A stretch of DNA of 53,537 nt from Nostoc sp. DedSLP01 (GCA_034530875.2 JAVRCJ020000046.1:1-53537), one strand, 5' to 3'. Shown: positions 18,480 through 28,101, numbered from the stretch's first letter. Notes: generated by a model from the letters alone, not told the origin. Program-made: numbers and translations.

Positions 18480-18678
18480 TAGACTTCTTGCAAAAGTGGG
18501 GAAAAGGGGAAAGGCTAAAAAAAACCCTTTCCCTTTAACATGCATCCCTTTCCCCCAAAAGTGTAAAAGTATTTTTGCACTCTTACTCCATGAATACAAT
18601 TCACAACGAAGGAATGAAAATATTTCTTTCCTAGTCACCAGTCCCCAGTAAAGAGTCCCTATTTTCAAGGCAGGTCTA
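18480..18678. mobile_element. MITE-like element (copy 2, uninterrupted)
   Basis: TAGACTTCTTGC…AGGCAGGTCTA; same orientation as and homologous to 15158-15486. Confidence 0.75.
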
Positions 18679-18703
18679 TTATCAAGCCTTGTACAGACAA
18701 GGG

Positions 18704-20089
18704 TTAATCGCGTTTCTCAGCGCTCAAATCAGCGGTCAAAAAATAAAAACGCCCGACTAAAAGTATTGCACCGATGAGCATTCCTAGTAATAAACCCAAC
18801 CATAAACCTATGGCACCCCAACCTAAATTAAATGCCATCAGGTAGCCGCCGCCTAGACCGACTCCCCAGTATGCAAACATGGTAATCAACGTTGGGGTGC
18901 GGGTATCTTTCAAACCAATTAAAGCACCAGCAGCGATCGCTTGAATAGAATAAAATACTTGAACGATTGCTGCTACAGCTAAGAAAGAAATTGCTGTGCG
19001 AACAATCTCGACATTATCCAAATTATTAGTATCCAGATACAGGCTGACAATGTTGTTAGGAAATAGCCAAAAAATTGTTGCTACAATGCTCGCGAAGGGA
19101 GTAATAAGTGCAAGACAAATTAATGCTGCTCGGTTTACACCTTTGAAATCGTTTTGTCCCCTTAACTGTCCTACTCTCATAGTAATGGCATAAGAAATAC
19201 CGATAGACACAGTTTCGACAAAACTTTCTGTTTCCATAGCAATTTCATGGGCTGCTAATTTATCTGTACCAAACCAGCCCATGAGTATAGCAATGGCAGT
19301 GAATACTCCAACTTCTGCTGCATATTGCAAACCCAAGTACCAACCTGTTTGGAAGATATCTAAAAATATCTCTTTATCAAACTCAAACAGAGCGCGATTT
19401 AGCTGGTAATCTTCAAAGTAATTATCCCAGCAAATCCAACTAGCTGCGGCGATGAAATTCAGCCAAAGAATAAGCGTGCTTGCCCAACCAATACCAGCTA
19501 AACCAAGGGCTGGCAAACCAAATTTACCGAACATTAATATATAATTAGCAGCTGCATTTAATAATAATCCTGCCACTGTAATTACTGCTAAAAATTGGGG
19601 GCGATTAAGTGCAGAGCTAATTTCTTTTAAGATACAAAAACCGAGTGCAGCAGGAAAACCCCAAACAATAGATTGTAAATATGTTTTAGCTAATAATACA
19701 TTGCTTTCTTCTTGACCAGTTAGCATCAGAATAAAATCAAAGTGCCAAATGACAAACATTACAGGGAAACACATAATTGTGGCTAACCAAATTCCCTGAC
19801 TGGTAGCAAGGCTGACTCGCTCTATTTTTCCTGCACCAAAAGCATTAGCAACAGTAGCACCTATTGTTGAGAGAGTAGAACGACAAATAGAAGCTAGGGT
19901 AGAAAAGGTAACTGCACCTAAAGCACCAGCGGCTAAAGCTTGACTGTTAAGTAAGCCCATCATTACCCCATCCAATAATGGAATCCCTGCTTCCAAAATT
20001 TGAGCGATTACTAAAGGAACCACTAATTGTAAACAGGCTTGGATTTCTAAGAGGAACTCTGATTTAAGTTCTTTTGAGGTTAACTCCAT
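18704..20089 (-). CDS. MATE-family efflux transporter (NorM-like)
   Basis: About 12 TM helices; D..MMG.L, LGLAGIGWAS, AAHEIA, G.KDT motifs. Confidence 0.92.
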   Translation of the reverse strand: MELTSKELKSEFLLEIQACLQLVVPLVIAQILEAGIPLLDGVMMGLLNSQALAAGALGAVTFSTLASICRSTLSTIGATVANAFGAGKIERVSLATSQGIWLATIMCFPVMFVIWHFDFILMLTGQEESNVLLAKTYLQSIVWGFPAALGFCILKEISSALNRPQFLAVITVAGLLLNAAANYILMFGKFGLPALGLAGIGWASTLILWLNFIAAASWICWDNYFEDYQLNRALFEFDKEIFLDIFQTGWYLGLQYAAEVGVFTAIAILMGWFGTDKLAAHEIAMETESFVETVSIGISYAITMRVGQLRGQNDFKGVNRAALICLALITPFASIVATIFWLFPNNIVSLYLDTNNLDNVEIVRTAISFLAVAAIVQVFYSIQAIAAGALIGLKDTRTPTLITMFAYWGVGLGGGYLMAFNLGWGAIGLWLGLLLGMLIGAILLVGRFYFLTADLSAEKRD

Positions 20090-20367
20090 TACGGTATAAA
20101 CATTAACTAAGGCTATAAAAAGTTTACCTTAGCATATTAAGATAAGTTAAGCTCAAAAAACAAAAAATTTTTTAGCTGTTACTTGCTGGCTTGTGGATAT
20201 GTTAAATCCGGCAATTTATCTCAGATATTTGCTAATGTTTGCAGAGTCAATAAACTGTTGTAAAAATTTGGCGATCGCACCTGATAAATTAACGTGAGAA
20301 ATCCGGATTAAACACAAATCCTGTGTTGCAACTGTAATTATAAATGCGGCTACATCCTGAATACAGA

Positions 20368-20397
20368 TGTAGAGACGTTGCAATGCAACGTCTCTAC
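20368..20397. repeat. REP-like palindrome GTAGAGACGTTGCA-A-TGCAACGTCTCTAC
   Basis: Perfect hairpin; partial copies near 22104 and 36197. Confidence 0.75.
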
Positions 20398-20437
20398 AAG
20401 GATTTTGAGAGCGCACACAATATTTGTCATTAAAATT

Positions 20438-21049
20438 TTACTGCCGAATTCCTTTAATAAACTCTGTCCTCGCCTCAATTATCGAAGGCATTAAAACACA
20501 ACGTGCAAACAAATTTATATCTAAATCTGGTAGTAATTTGCTTTGAGTAATTTGCACATAGTTATCATTAGTTAAGTGATATATAGATGTCTGATTATTT
20601 TCCCAAAACCAAACTTCACTAATGTTAAAACGCTTATATTTTTCAAGCTTATCTATACTGCCACTAGTAATATTTACTTCAATTGCTAAATCGGGATTTT
20701 CTTTCTTTTCCCCTAAATAATAAGATTCATCAGGTTCAAAGGAAGCACCTTTTTCTTTAGCGCGACGAGTAGCGCTACCTACAGGGATAAAATTTATATT
20801 TAATTCAAATAAGTAAGCTTCGAGCAATATAGCGATTATTTTTTTTAGCAATTCATGTTGTTCGCCAAGAGTCATAAATTCTACACACCCGTCAAGATAG
20901 GTTATCCGCAAACCTGGCGCGTCTGCTATTAAAGCTTCAAGTTTCTCAAAATCTTCCCAAGTGTAATGACCGGGTAAGAGAAACCGCTGTTCTTCAAGGG
21001 TAGTGATTTTGTCTAGAGTTTGTGGAATCATAGCCTTGTATAAAATCAT
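20438..21049 (-). CDS. Uma2 (DUF820) family endonuclease-like protein (start possibly 21031)
   Basis: EPDESY, PDLAIEV, EVWFW motifs. Confidence 0.9.
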   Translation of the reverse strand: MILYKAMIPQTLDKITTLEEQRFLLPGHYTWEDFEKLEALIADAPGLRITYLDGCVEFMTLGEQHELLKKIIAILLEAYLFELNINFIPVGSATRRAKEKGASFEPDESYYLGEKKENPDLAIEVNITSGSIDKLEKYKRFNISEVWFWENNQTSIYHLTNDNYVQITQSKLLPDLDINLFARCVLMPSIIEARTEFIKGIRQ

Positions 21050-21215
21050 AAATATATGATAGTTGGTTATTGAGCGATCGCTCGTGATAAATTAAGGCGA
21101 TAATTCCAATATATTGACTATAAATAATACAGCGATAGCTTTTAACAACACTTCTTTATCTAATAGATAAAACAGTTAACCTCAACATTGATTGTTTCTA
21201 GTACTATAGATATAT

Positions 21216-22031
21216 TTGCTGCGGGCTACGCCACTGATAAACGCCATGTCAGAAACTACTCTACCTGCAACCCTAATTGAAATTCCACCCACCCAAGCAG
21301 AACTTTCTTATGATGATGGTGTCCCAATGGAAAGCGCGCGACATAGAGCTGCTATGAACTTGCTGATAGATGCCTTAATCCCTTGGTTGTCACAGCGAGA
21401 AGATGGGTTTGTTGGCGGCAATATGTTTGTTTACTACAGTCTGGCGCAATTACGTAACAAAGACTTTAAAGGCCCGGATTTTTTTGTGGTGTTGGGTGTC
21501 CCTAAAGGCGAACGCAAAAGTTGGGTGGTTTGGGAAGAAGAAAAAGCGCCGGATGTAGTGATTGAATTACTTTCTGAAAGTACAGCCGCAGATAAAAACG
21601 AGAAAAAGCTGATTTATCAAAATCAAATGCGCGTGCCAGAATATTTTTGGTACGACCCCTTTAACCCAGATGATTGGGCAGGTTTTTCCATCCAACAGAG
21701 AGTTTACCAACCTTTGGCTGTTAGCGATCGCAATCAATTGGTGAGTGAATCTTTAGGGTTAGCCTTGCAACGCTGGCAAGGAAATTACAAAGGAATTGAA
21801 GCGACTTGGTTACGCTGGGCAACTTTGGAGGGAGAATTACTACTAACACCTGAAGAATTAGAACGTCAACGAGCAGAACAGGAACGCCAACGAGCAAACA
21901 AAGCAGAGTCACAGTTATTACAAACGGCACGCAACTTACTAGCGGCTGGGATGGCGGTAGAACAGGTAGCGACAGTTACAGGTCTTGATGCGTCGGCAAT
22001 TGAGCAATTAATTTCAACATCTGAGTCGTGA
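21216..22031 (+). CDS. Uma2 (DUF820) family endonuclease-like protein with coiled-coil tail (start probably ATG 21246)
   Basis: GPDFFVV, PDVVIELLS, EYFWYDP; ERQRAEQERQRA repeats. Confidence 0.9.
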   Translation: MLRATPLINAMSETTLPATLIEIPPTQAELSYDDGVPMESARHRAAMNLLIDALIPWLSQREDGFVGGNMFVYYSLAQLRNKDFKGPDFFVVLGVPKGERKSWVVWEEEKAPDVVIELLSESTAADKNEKKLIYQNQMRVPEYFWYDPFNPDDWAGFSIQQRVYQPLAVSDRNQLVSESLGLALQRWQGNYKGIEATWLRWATLEGELLLTPEELERQRAEQERQRANKAESQLLQTARNLLAAGMAVEQVATVTGLDASAIEQLISTSES

Positions 22032-22337
22032 AAAATCTGGGTTTAAACAGAAATCCTATCTTGCAACTGTAATTAGAAATGCGGCTATAGTCTGAATACA
22101 GATGTAGAGACGTTGCAATGCAACGTCTATTTTGATATCGCGCACAATATTTGCTATTAAAATTTTACTGCGGAATTCCTTTGATAAACTCTGTCTTTGC
22201 CTCAATTCTCGAAGGCATTAAAACACAACGTACTAATAAATTTGTGAAATCATATCCTTGTATGAAATTATAAATATATGATAGTTGGTTATTGAGCGAT
22301 CGCATCTGATGAATTAATACGATAATTGCAATATATT
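22028..22337 (-). pseudogene. Internally deleted duplicate of the Uma2 gene at 20438-21049 with its flanks
   Basis: 22028-22243 aligns with 20293-20516 and 22241-22337 aligns with 21019-21116; the two parts join at a TTT microhomology. Confidence 0.85.
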
Positions 22338-22351
22338 TAGTTTCAGGACGG

Positions 22352-22615
22352 CTAAAGTGTACCTTGACGTTTGTTAATTCTTTCCCGGATTGTTTGATGG
22401 ATATCTTCTTAATCTTGAACAGTCATTTCTGTTGCATCTCCAGAGTTTAATCCTTCCAGAAGCATTGTTCCAAGACGTTCTTTAGCTCTGTGTTTTTGGT
22501 CTTGTAGCACTAATTCACGAAAATATTCGCTGACACTGCTGTAACCACCTTCAGCTATCTGTTGTTCTACATAAGCTCGCATGGTGTCAGGTAAGGAAAT
22601 ATTGATACTTTTCAC
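22352..22615 (-). pseudogene. ParD-like (RHH) antitoxin with a premature stop; no cognate toxin
   Basis: INISLP…GGYSSVSEYFRELV…LLEGL.SG. After the TAA at 22409-22411 the frame continues EDIHQTIRERINKRQGTL*, which fits the usual 'DWEDIR' tail. Confidence 0.7.
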
Positions 22616-22666
22616 AAGGGTTATTTCCTAAATCTGTTTTTCTATATTATGGCAGTTTTTGCCATT

Positions 22667-23218
22667 TTATGTTATAGAAACAGAAGACTGAATAAGCGAT
22701 AATAAGAAATTAATAATTTCTTGTATTAATGGATGTTGTTGTAATATATTAATTTCTTTCTCATTTATATTTTTAAATATTATTGAATTTATTTGCTTAC
22801 TATTCCCGAATACTGTCTCTAAAAAATCTTTAGGATTTTTTTGAGCTAACTGCCATTCTAAATCATTGAATTGGCGTTTTGCTATTTTTTCAATTAATAG
22901 TTTATCTTGTAAAAATACAATTTCTACTTCAGGAATTGCTATAAAAACTTGATAAGGTATTCCAGATGATGCCTGATTTAGTACATATTTAATTAAATCA
23001 TGTTTTTCAGATATTTGAGATTTGTTATCTGTATCTGCATCTAAAACAAGAGCAACAGGTTTTTTCCGAGTAGCAAGCAGTGAACTAGCTAAAGAACGCG
23101 CTCTGTAAGAACCTTCACCTGCTATAAATTGGATATCTTGACTCAGATTTTTCGGCAGTAATCTCTGTAAAATTTCTATATCTCTATCACCTTCTGTAAT
23201 CATATATGCTAGTGTCAT
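22667..23218 (-). CDS. TOPRIM-like hypothetical protein
   Basis: ITEG..D near the N-terminus, LVLDAD, and EVE motifs; ATGA-coupled to the upstream nuclease; AT-rich. Confidence 0.6.
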   Translation of the reverse strand: MTLAYMITEGDRDIEILQRLLPKNLSQDIQFIAGEGSYRARSLASSLLATRKKPVALVLDADTDNKSQISEKHDLIKYVLNQASSGIPYQVFIAIPEVEIVFLQDKLLIEKIAKRQFNDLEWQLAQKNPKDFLETVFGNSKQINSIIFKNINEKEINILQQHPLIQEIINFLLSLIQSSVSIT

Positions 23219-23766
23219 GGAAAAATCTCCGTTGTAATGTCGTAATTAGGGATACAATTTTGAACACAAAAACGATATTTTTTAACTAAATATTTACATA
23301 TACATTTATTTATTAATGAATATTCAATGTCTTTTCCTCCCCATAACAGAATAGTTTGAGGTGCTACAAACCCAGTTAATGTTACTGCTGCTTCTGTAAA
23401 TCCACTCCGACTAAACACACTACCAATAGCTGTGGCTGGTCTTCGTAGTAGTTGATTTCGTAACTTTGCTACAGGTTCAAAATTAACTTCTTTAGTTTCA
23501 TCCTTACATTCGATTAAACAGGCTAGGCTGTCTGTATATACCACTCCGTCAATTTGTTCTACTATTGTATCTTGAATTTTTACAGTATAAGGCCAAGCTA
23601 CCTCAGCACCATCAAGTTGGAAGGCGCGTAAAACTAAATATTCTAATGCTTTACCTCGATCCCAAAAATTTGAGGTATTTTTTGCTTGAATTTCTGCCCA
23701 TAATATCATTAAATCATCCCAGTCATAGGTGATAATTCTTGTTTGATATTCTGCATCTGTAGTCAT
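23215..23766 (-). CDS. Mrr-like PD-(D/E)xK restriction endonuclease domain protein
   Basis: GKALEYL, EQIDG, LIECK, SRSGFT. Confidence 0.8.
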   Translation of the reverse strand: MTTDAEYQTRIITYDWDDLMILWAEIQAKNTSNFWDRGKALEYLVLRAFQLDGAEVAWPYTVKIQDTIVEQIDGVVYTDSLACLIECKDETKEVNFEPVAKLRNQLLRRPATAIGSVFSRSGFTEAAVTLTGFVAPQTILLWGGKDIEYSLINKCICKYLVKKYRFCVQNCIPNYDITTEIFP

Positions 23767-23970
23767 GATTGCATTTGAGGTACAGTAAGAAGTTGAAGAT
23801 TTAACTTATAGTATATTTTTACTACTTTGGGTAGTAACGCTACTTATAAGCAAGCACTCCCGTGTAAATTGCGTGGAACGGAGTGAAACCAAACAAATGC
23901 CTTCACTTTACACATATATTTATCCCTCATTTAAACGTTTGCTTAAATGAGGGTATGACACTGTATTATC

Positions 23971-26184
23971 TTAATGCACTAACTCGATCGCTCTTTTTGT
24001 CAACGCTTCAGCAGTCAATCCATTAAAGGCCATCAACTCACCAGCACTGGCTGTAGTTTCGCCACGTTTCCAGGCAAAAGTATCGCGCTTCGCCTTACTC
24101 CGTAACAAAATTGGTTCCAGCATCGCCGGCGCGCCACCTGTCACAGCAATTAGCGCATCGCCATCAAACAATTCGGCAAATTTCGCATCATCCAAGAAAT
24201 CGCCATCGGCTTGGGAACAGGTATCCCAAGCAGTATCATAAAGACGATATAAACGTCGGGGATTAATCACAGAAACTATCTTTGCGCCAATACCTTCATT
24301 TTCTAAGAAAGTAGCGGCTTCAAATACTGGCATTAATGTCATATCGCCAATGACAGCAAATACAACTTGTTTTTCGCCAGGAACTTCATGCAATACCACC
24401 GCACCATCTTGTAAGCCTTGGCGACTTTGTTCTAAAGTAATGCGAATTGGCAATGGTGATTTACTTGCAGTAATTACAATTCCCTTATTCTTAGTTTGCA
24501 ATGCCCAGTCATAACAAACTTGAATGCTGTTAGCATCGGGAGGAAATAATGGGAAAACATTTCCATTTCGCATTAATGAAGCAAAGTAAGCTTCAATTTC
24601 CGGACGTTGGTGAGTCCAACCGTTACGCCCTTGCTCTAATGCGCCAGCTGTGAATAAAGTAATAGTCGAAGGAGTTGGACGCCGCAATTCTGCCATTGCT
24701 TGGGTGACAGTTTGCCAAATTGGTAATCCGTTGATGGCAAAAGATTCGTAAGAACACCACAAAGTTCTCGCACCCATTAACGCCAAACCAGCTGCTAAAC
24801 CCGCACAAGCATCTTCGCTCAAAGGTTCGTAAACTTGACCGTTTGGCGCTTGGTTATATAAATCATCGGTTGTCGGGTGGATGATTTTTAATGCTTGGTT
24901 GATATTAGCAATTCCTGATGCTTCGTTACCGTCGGCGTTGGTGACGAGGAAATTTTTATCTTTTTGTCCAACTATTCCTACCAATCGTCCCATTGCAGTT
25001 GTGGAAACTTTTGGTTCGCCACCGACTGCATATTCTTCTAAAGGTAATTCGCCTAATTCTGGCAATGGTAATTCAAATTCTGTGACCACTGTTTTGGCTG
25101 CGGGGCCGCCGCCTGCGCGTTCGGCGTTTGTTCTGACTAATTGCCAAGCTTCAGCAGATAAGGCGCGAGTCTGCAATGCACTGACAATATGCGGTGCATC
25201 CAATGTATCTTTAGGATAAAGGTTGTGAGATTTTGCACCGCGGGCGTGGACTCCTGCACCTTTTAATTGTTTAATAATAAAAACAGTAAGCTTGCCACCT
25301 AATGCCGATCGCGCTGCTTTATCTACACCCTCAAGTACTGCTTGGGTAAATGCTAGGCGCTTCTCAAAGGAAAAAGCGGTACTATCAACGTAATCGCCTG
25401 GTTGGTTTTGGTCGTCAAAATCTTTTGCATCTACTAACACCACTTCATCAAAACCATTACCTTGCCAATATGCTTGCATTTGTTGGTTGGTTTTGAGGGA
25501 AACCATGCTGTGGTGTTCTTGGCTGTAACCATTCCACACTAATATCGGCAAGAAATTGGTCGCAGCAGGATAAGCAGTATGGAAATGTCCGATCGCACTT
25601 ACAATATAAGGCTCACCCAATCCACCATCACCAACTGTAAAGGGAAATAACTTATCTTTGTGCAACAGTGCAGCTGCCATTGCAAAGTGTTGTCCTTGTC
25701 CCAAAGGCCCCGCAGGTGCGAGAATACCAGGTATATAACCAGAAAGGTGTCCTAAAAGACCGTGCTTTTCACGAAAGCGATCGCGCAATTGTTGGACTGT
25801 ATAAATTCCCATGTCCTCTAGCGAACGATCCAAGAACATGGCACTATAAAATCCGGGGGCGTGGTGTCCGACTTCTGTGATAATGTTCTTGTGTCCCAGC
25901 ATGACAAGAGATGCATAAGCTTCCGCTTGGCTGGCGAATCCGCCGGGATGTCCAGAGGCTTTACTACCAGTAATTTGTAAAGTTAAATAGCGTAGGGCAT
26001 CGGCAGCGAGTAAAGTTTGATATACTGCTGCTTTGTCTGTGGGAGATGCGATCGCTACATTGCCCGATTCAATAGCAGGAGTTGCACCATAAGTTTCAAA
26101 ACCTGGTAGTGCTTCACCAAAATATTGAATTCCTTCAGAAAAATTGGGAAGCGCAGAAGAAGCCTTTGGGGTGATTGCAGTCAT
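23971..26184 (-). CDS. ThDP-dependent phosphoketolase/transketolase-family enzyme
   Basis: SGHPGG, GPLGQG, ThDP motif GDGG…NG, RNGWTHQ. Confidence 0.85.
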   Translation of the reverse strand: MTAITPKASSALPNFSEGIQYFGEALPGFETYGATPAIESGNVAIASPTDKAAVYQTLLAADALRYLTLQITGSKASGHPGGFASQAEAYASLVMLGHKNIITEVGHHAPGFYSAMFLDRSLEDMGIYTVQQLRDRFREKHGLLGHLSGYIPGILAPAGPLGQGQHFAMAAALLHKDKLFPFTVGDGGLGEPYIVSAIGHFHTAYPAATNFLPILVWNGYSQEHHSMVSLKTNQQMQAYWQGNGFDEVVLVDAKDFDDQNQPGDYVDSTAFSFEKRLAFTQAVLEGVDKAARSALGGKLTVFIIKQLKGAGVHARGAKSHNLYPKDTLDAPHIVSALQTRALSAEAWQLVRTNAERAGGGPAAKTVVTEFELPLPELGELPLEEYAVGGEPKVSTTAMGRLVGIVGQKDKNFLVTNADGNEASGIANINQALKIIHPTTDDLYNQAPNGQVYEPLSEDACAGLAAGLALMGARTLWCSYESFAINGLPIWQTVTQAMAELRRPTPSTITLFTAGALEQGRNGWTHQRPEIEAYFASLMRNGNVFPLFPPDANSIQVCYDWALQTKNKGIVITASKSPLPIRITLEQSRQGLQDGAVVLHEVPGEKQVVFAVIGDMTLMPVFEAATFLENEGIGAKIVSVINPRRLYRLYDTAWDTCSQADGDFLDDAKFAELFDGDALIAVTGGAPAMLEPILLRSKAKRDTFAWKRGETTASAGELMAFNGLTAEALTKRAIELVH

Positions 26185-26435
26185 GCTGAGTACCTTATGA
26201 CGACGAAATGAAACTGTAGATGCTCGTTGAATTCAACAAAAATTTTACATCGTTTGATGTTGTAACAGTTTATTGCTTTTTTGCAACTTCAGGATAAGTA
26301 GTTTAAATGGTTCGCTAACTAAAAATTTCAGTTAGTTTAGGTAATAAAAATATTTTGAAGTAGCAAAAAAATAATAGAACAGAATAAAAGCACCCCATTA
26401 AGGAATGCTGTGATGGGATGCAATCAATTGAGAGA

Positions 26436-26813
26436 TTACCTACCGAGTAGCGCTATCACCTGTTCAAGTTTCATTTTCACCAAATGCCAAGCTAGTAACT
26501 CTTCCTGCTTGTATCTATCTGGGTAACGCATTTTTTTACCTTCCAGGGAAATTCTAATTAACGCTATTTGTTCTGCTGTCGGAGAATTCATCTCATCTAT
26601 CGCTGAACCAAACACCTGAATAGAAGCAAGTGTTGGTGACTTTAATCCTCTCCCTTCCTCCATTTGGTTTACGGCTATTAACGGGAAGGATAGCAGGGAA
26701 GTAATGTAGCTAACTTTGTATGCTGCACTTCCTGTAGGACGGATACCATATCGACGGCATAAATCCTGTAATTCAGGAACAGTCTTTATTTCGAGTTCTG
26801 AACGTGTAAACAT
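26436..26813 (-). CDS. Hypothetical protein with an N-terminal SAP/Rho-N-like helix-extension-helix
   Basis: ELEIKTVPELQDLCRRYGI; GAGG RBS upstream. Confidence 0.6.
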   Translation of the reverse strand: MFTRSELEIKTVPELQDLCRRYGIRPTGSAAYKVSYITSLLSFPLIAVNQMEEGRGLKSPTLASIQVFGSAIDEMNSPTAEQIALIRISLEGKKMRYPDRYKQEELLAWHLVKMKLEQVIALLGR

Positions 26814-26937
26814 AGAATTACCTCTTGATAAAAGTGGTATCGGTGGTGAACCATTTTCGCGAGTGATAGCACTACCGATTTAAAACTCTAATCGATTGGT
26901 TTCGATTGATTCAATCTATATTTACGTTTCTACATAA

Positions 26938-27126
26938 ATGCCTAATCCTAGAGGAACACCTGAAAATTTAGAACCAGGAAAAAGAAAAGGTGATGAACCG
27001 TTAACCGAACAATTAAGTTTTAGAGTTTCTAAAGAGATGAAAGATGAGGTGAAAGCACAAAACGATCCTGCACAATTCTGTAGAGATGCTATTCAAGAGA
27101 AGCTAGATAGGAATAAACAGAAGTAG
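26938..27126 (+). CDS. Small RHH-like DNA-binding protein (paralog 1)
   Basis: LSFRVSKEMKDEV…AQFCRDAIQEKL. Confidence 0.65.
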   Translation: MPNPRGTPENLEPGKRKGDEPLTEQLSFRVSKEMKDEVKAQNDPAQFCRDAIQEKLDRNKQK

Positions 27127-27201
27127 TTAACTGGTGCGTTACGCCAAAGGCTAACGCTCCCTACTGGCACGACTTCAAGTTATAATTACGTTTCTACATA
27201 A

Positions 27202-27384
27202 ATGTCTAAGTCCAAAGGTAAGCCCGAAAATTTCGATAATCCACCAAGCAGAGATTTAACCGAGAATGTTACTTTTAGAGCTACCAAGGAAATGAAGGAA
27301 GAGATACAGAAACAAGAGAACCCTGCACAATTTTGTAGAGATGCTATTCAAGAAAAGTTAGATAGGAATAAAATTAAGGGCTAA
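27202..27384 (+). CDS. Small RHH-like DNA-binding protein (paralog 2)
   Basis: VTFRATKEMKEEI…AQFCRDAIQEKL; same TTACGTTTCTACATAAATG leader as paralog 1. Confidence 0.65.
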   Translation: MSKSKGKPENFDNPPSRDLTENVTFRATKEMKEEIQKQENPAQFCRDAIQEKLDRNKIKG

Positions 27385-27748
27385 TCATACGTTGAAGACC
27401 TATCAAAATAGGTTGATATTCATCAGGTGTCAAACTCCCGCGATAATCGACAATGCGGCTAATATCGATAACCCTGATTTGATCTAATAAAACAATAGAT
27501 GGCGAACTTAATCCAGCGACTCCTGCTGTAAAACGTGGGTATAAATCTGGTGAAGCAAGCGCCCATGTTTGCCCTTTATCAGTTGTTATGGGAATTACAA
27601 CTATTAAGGAAAAACGGGCTATTCCTAAACGATTTGGAAAGCCTACAACAATTGCAGGTCTAAAACCTTCTTGTTCGCGCCCTTGAGGATTTTGTTGAGG
27701 AAAACGTGCTGTTATAACGTCCCCAAACTGTAAAGAACGATTGGTCAT
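27374..27748 (-). CDS. PemK/MazF-family toxin
   Basis: GREQ.G.RPAIVV, VIPITT, LLDQIRVID. Confidence 0.9.
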   Translation of the reverse strand: MTNRSLQFGDVITARFPQQNPQGREQEGFRPAIVVGFPNRLGIARFSLIVVIPITTDKGQTWALASPDLYPRFTAGVAGLSSPSIVLLDQIRVIDISRIVDYRGSLTPDEYQPILIGLQRMISP

Positions 27749-28038
27749 TCCTGAACAATTACTACTCCCATCTCAGGAACATACTTAACAGGTAAACCCT
27801 TCTCCTGTTCGCCCGGTTGCCAATCATAAGGTTCATAGCTGCCTAAATTTGATAAGTCAGTCTCTAGCCATCCTGTATCAGATTCTTCATCTAATTCTTG
27901 GCTGATTATAGATAACTGCAATTCCTGACGATTATCTTTTTGCCACTCTAAAAACTCAACAAAATCTAGAACTTGCTGCTGTGCATTTCTTGGAAGACGT
28001 TCTAGTTTTTCTAAAATCTTTTCTTTCAAAAAATCCAT
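27745..28038 (-). CDS. DUF2281-like putative antitoxin
   Basis: LP…QQQVLDFVEFL N-terminus, acidic tail; ATGA overlap with the toxin. Confidence 0.72.
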   Translation of the reverse strand: MDFLKEKILEKLERLPRNAQQQVLDFVEFLEWQKDNRQELQLSIISQELDEESDTGWLETDLSNLGSYEPYDWQPGEQEKGLPVKYVPEMGVVIVQE

Positions 28039-28101
28039 TATGATTCCTATTGTTTTACGAAAGTTATAATCTCATCATAGTAGACTATAGATTTTTAAAA
28101 C

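Noticed and set aside
23811..23825. NtcA site upstream of the Mrr-like nuclease
   Set aside because: Spacing is GTA-N9-TAC rather than N8.
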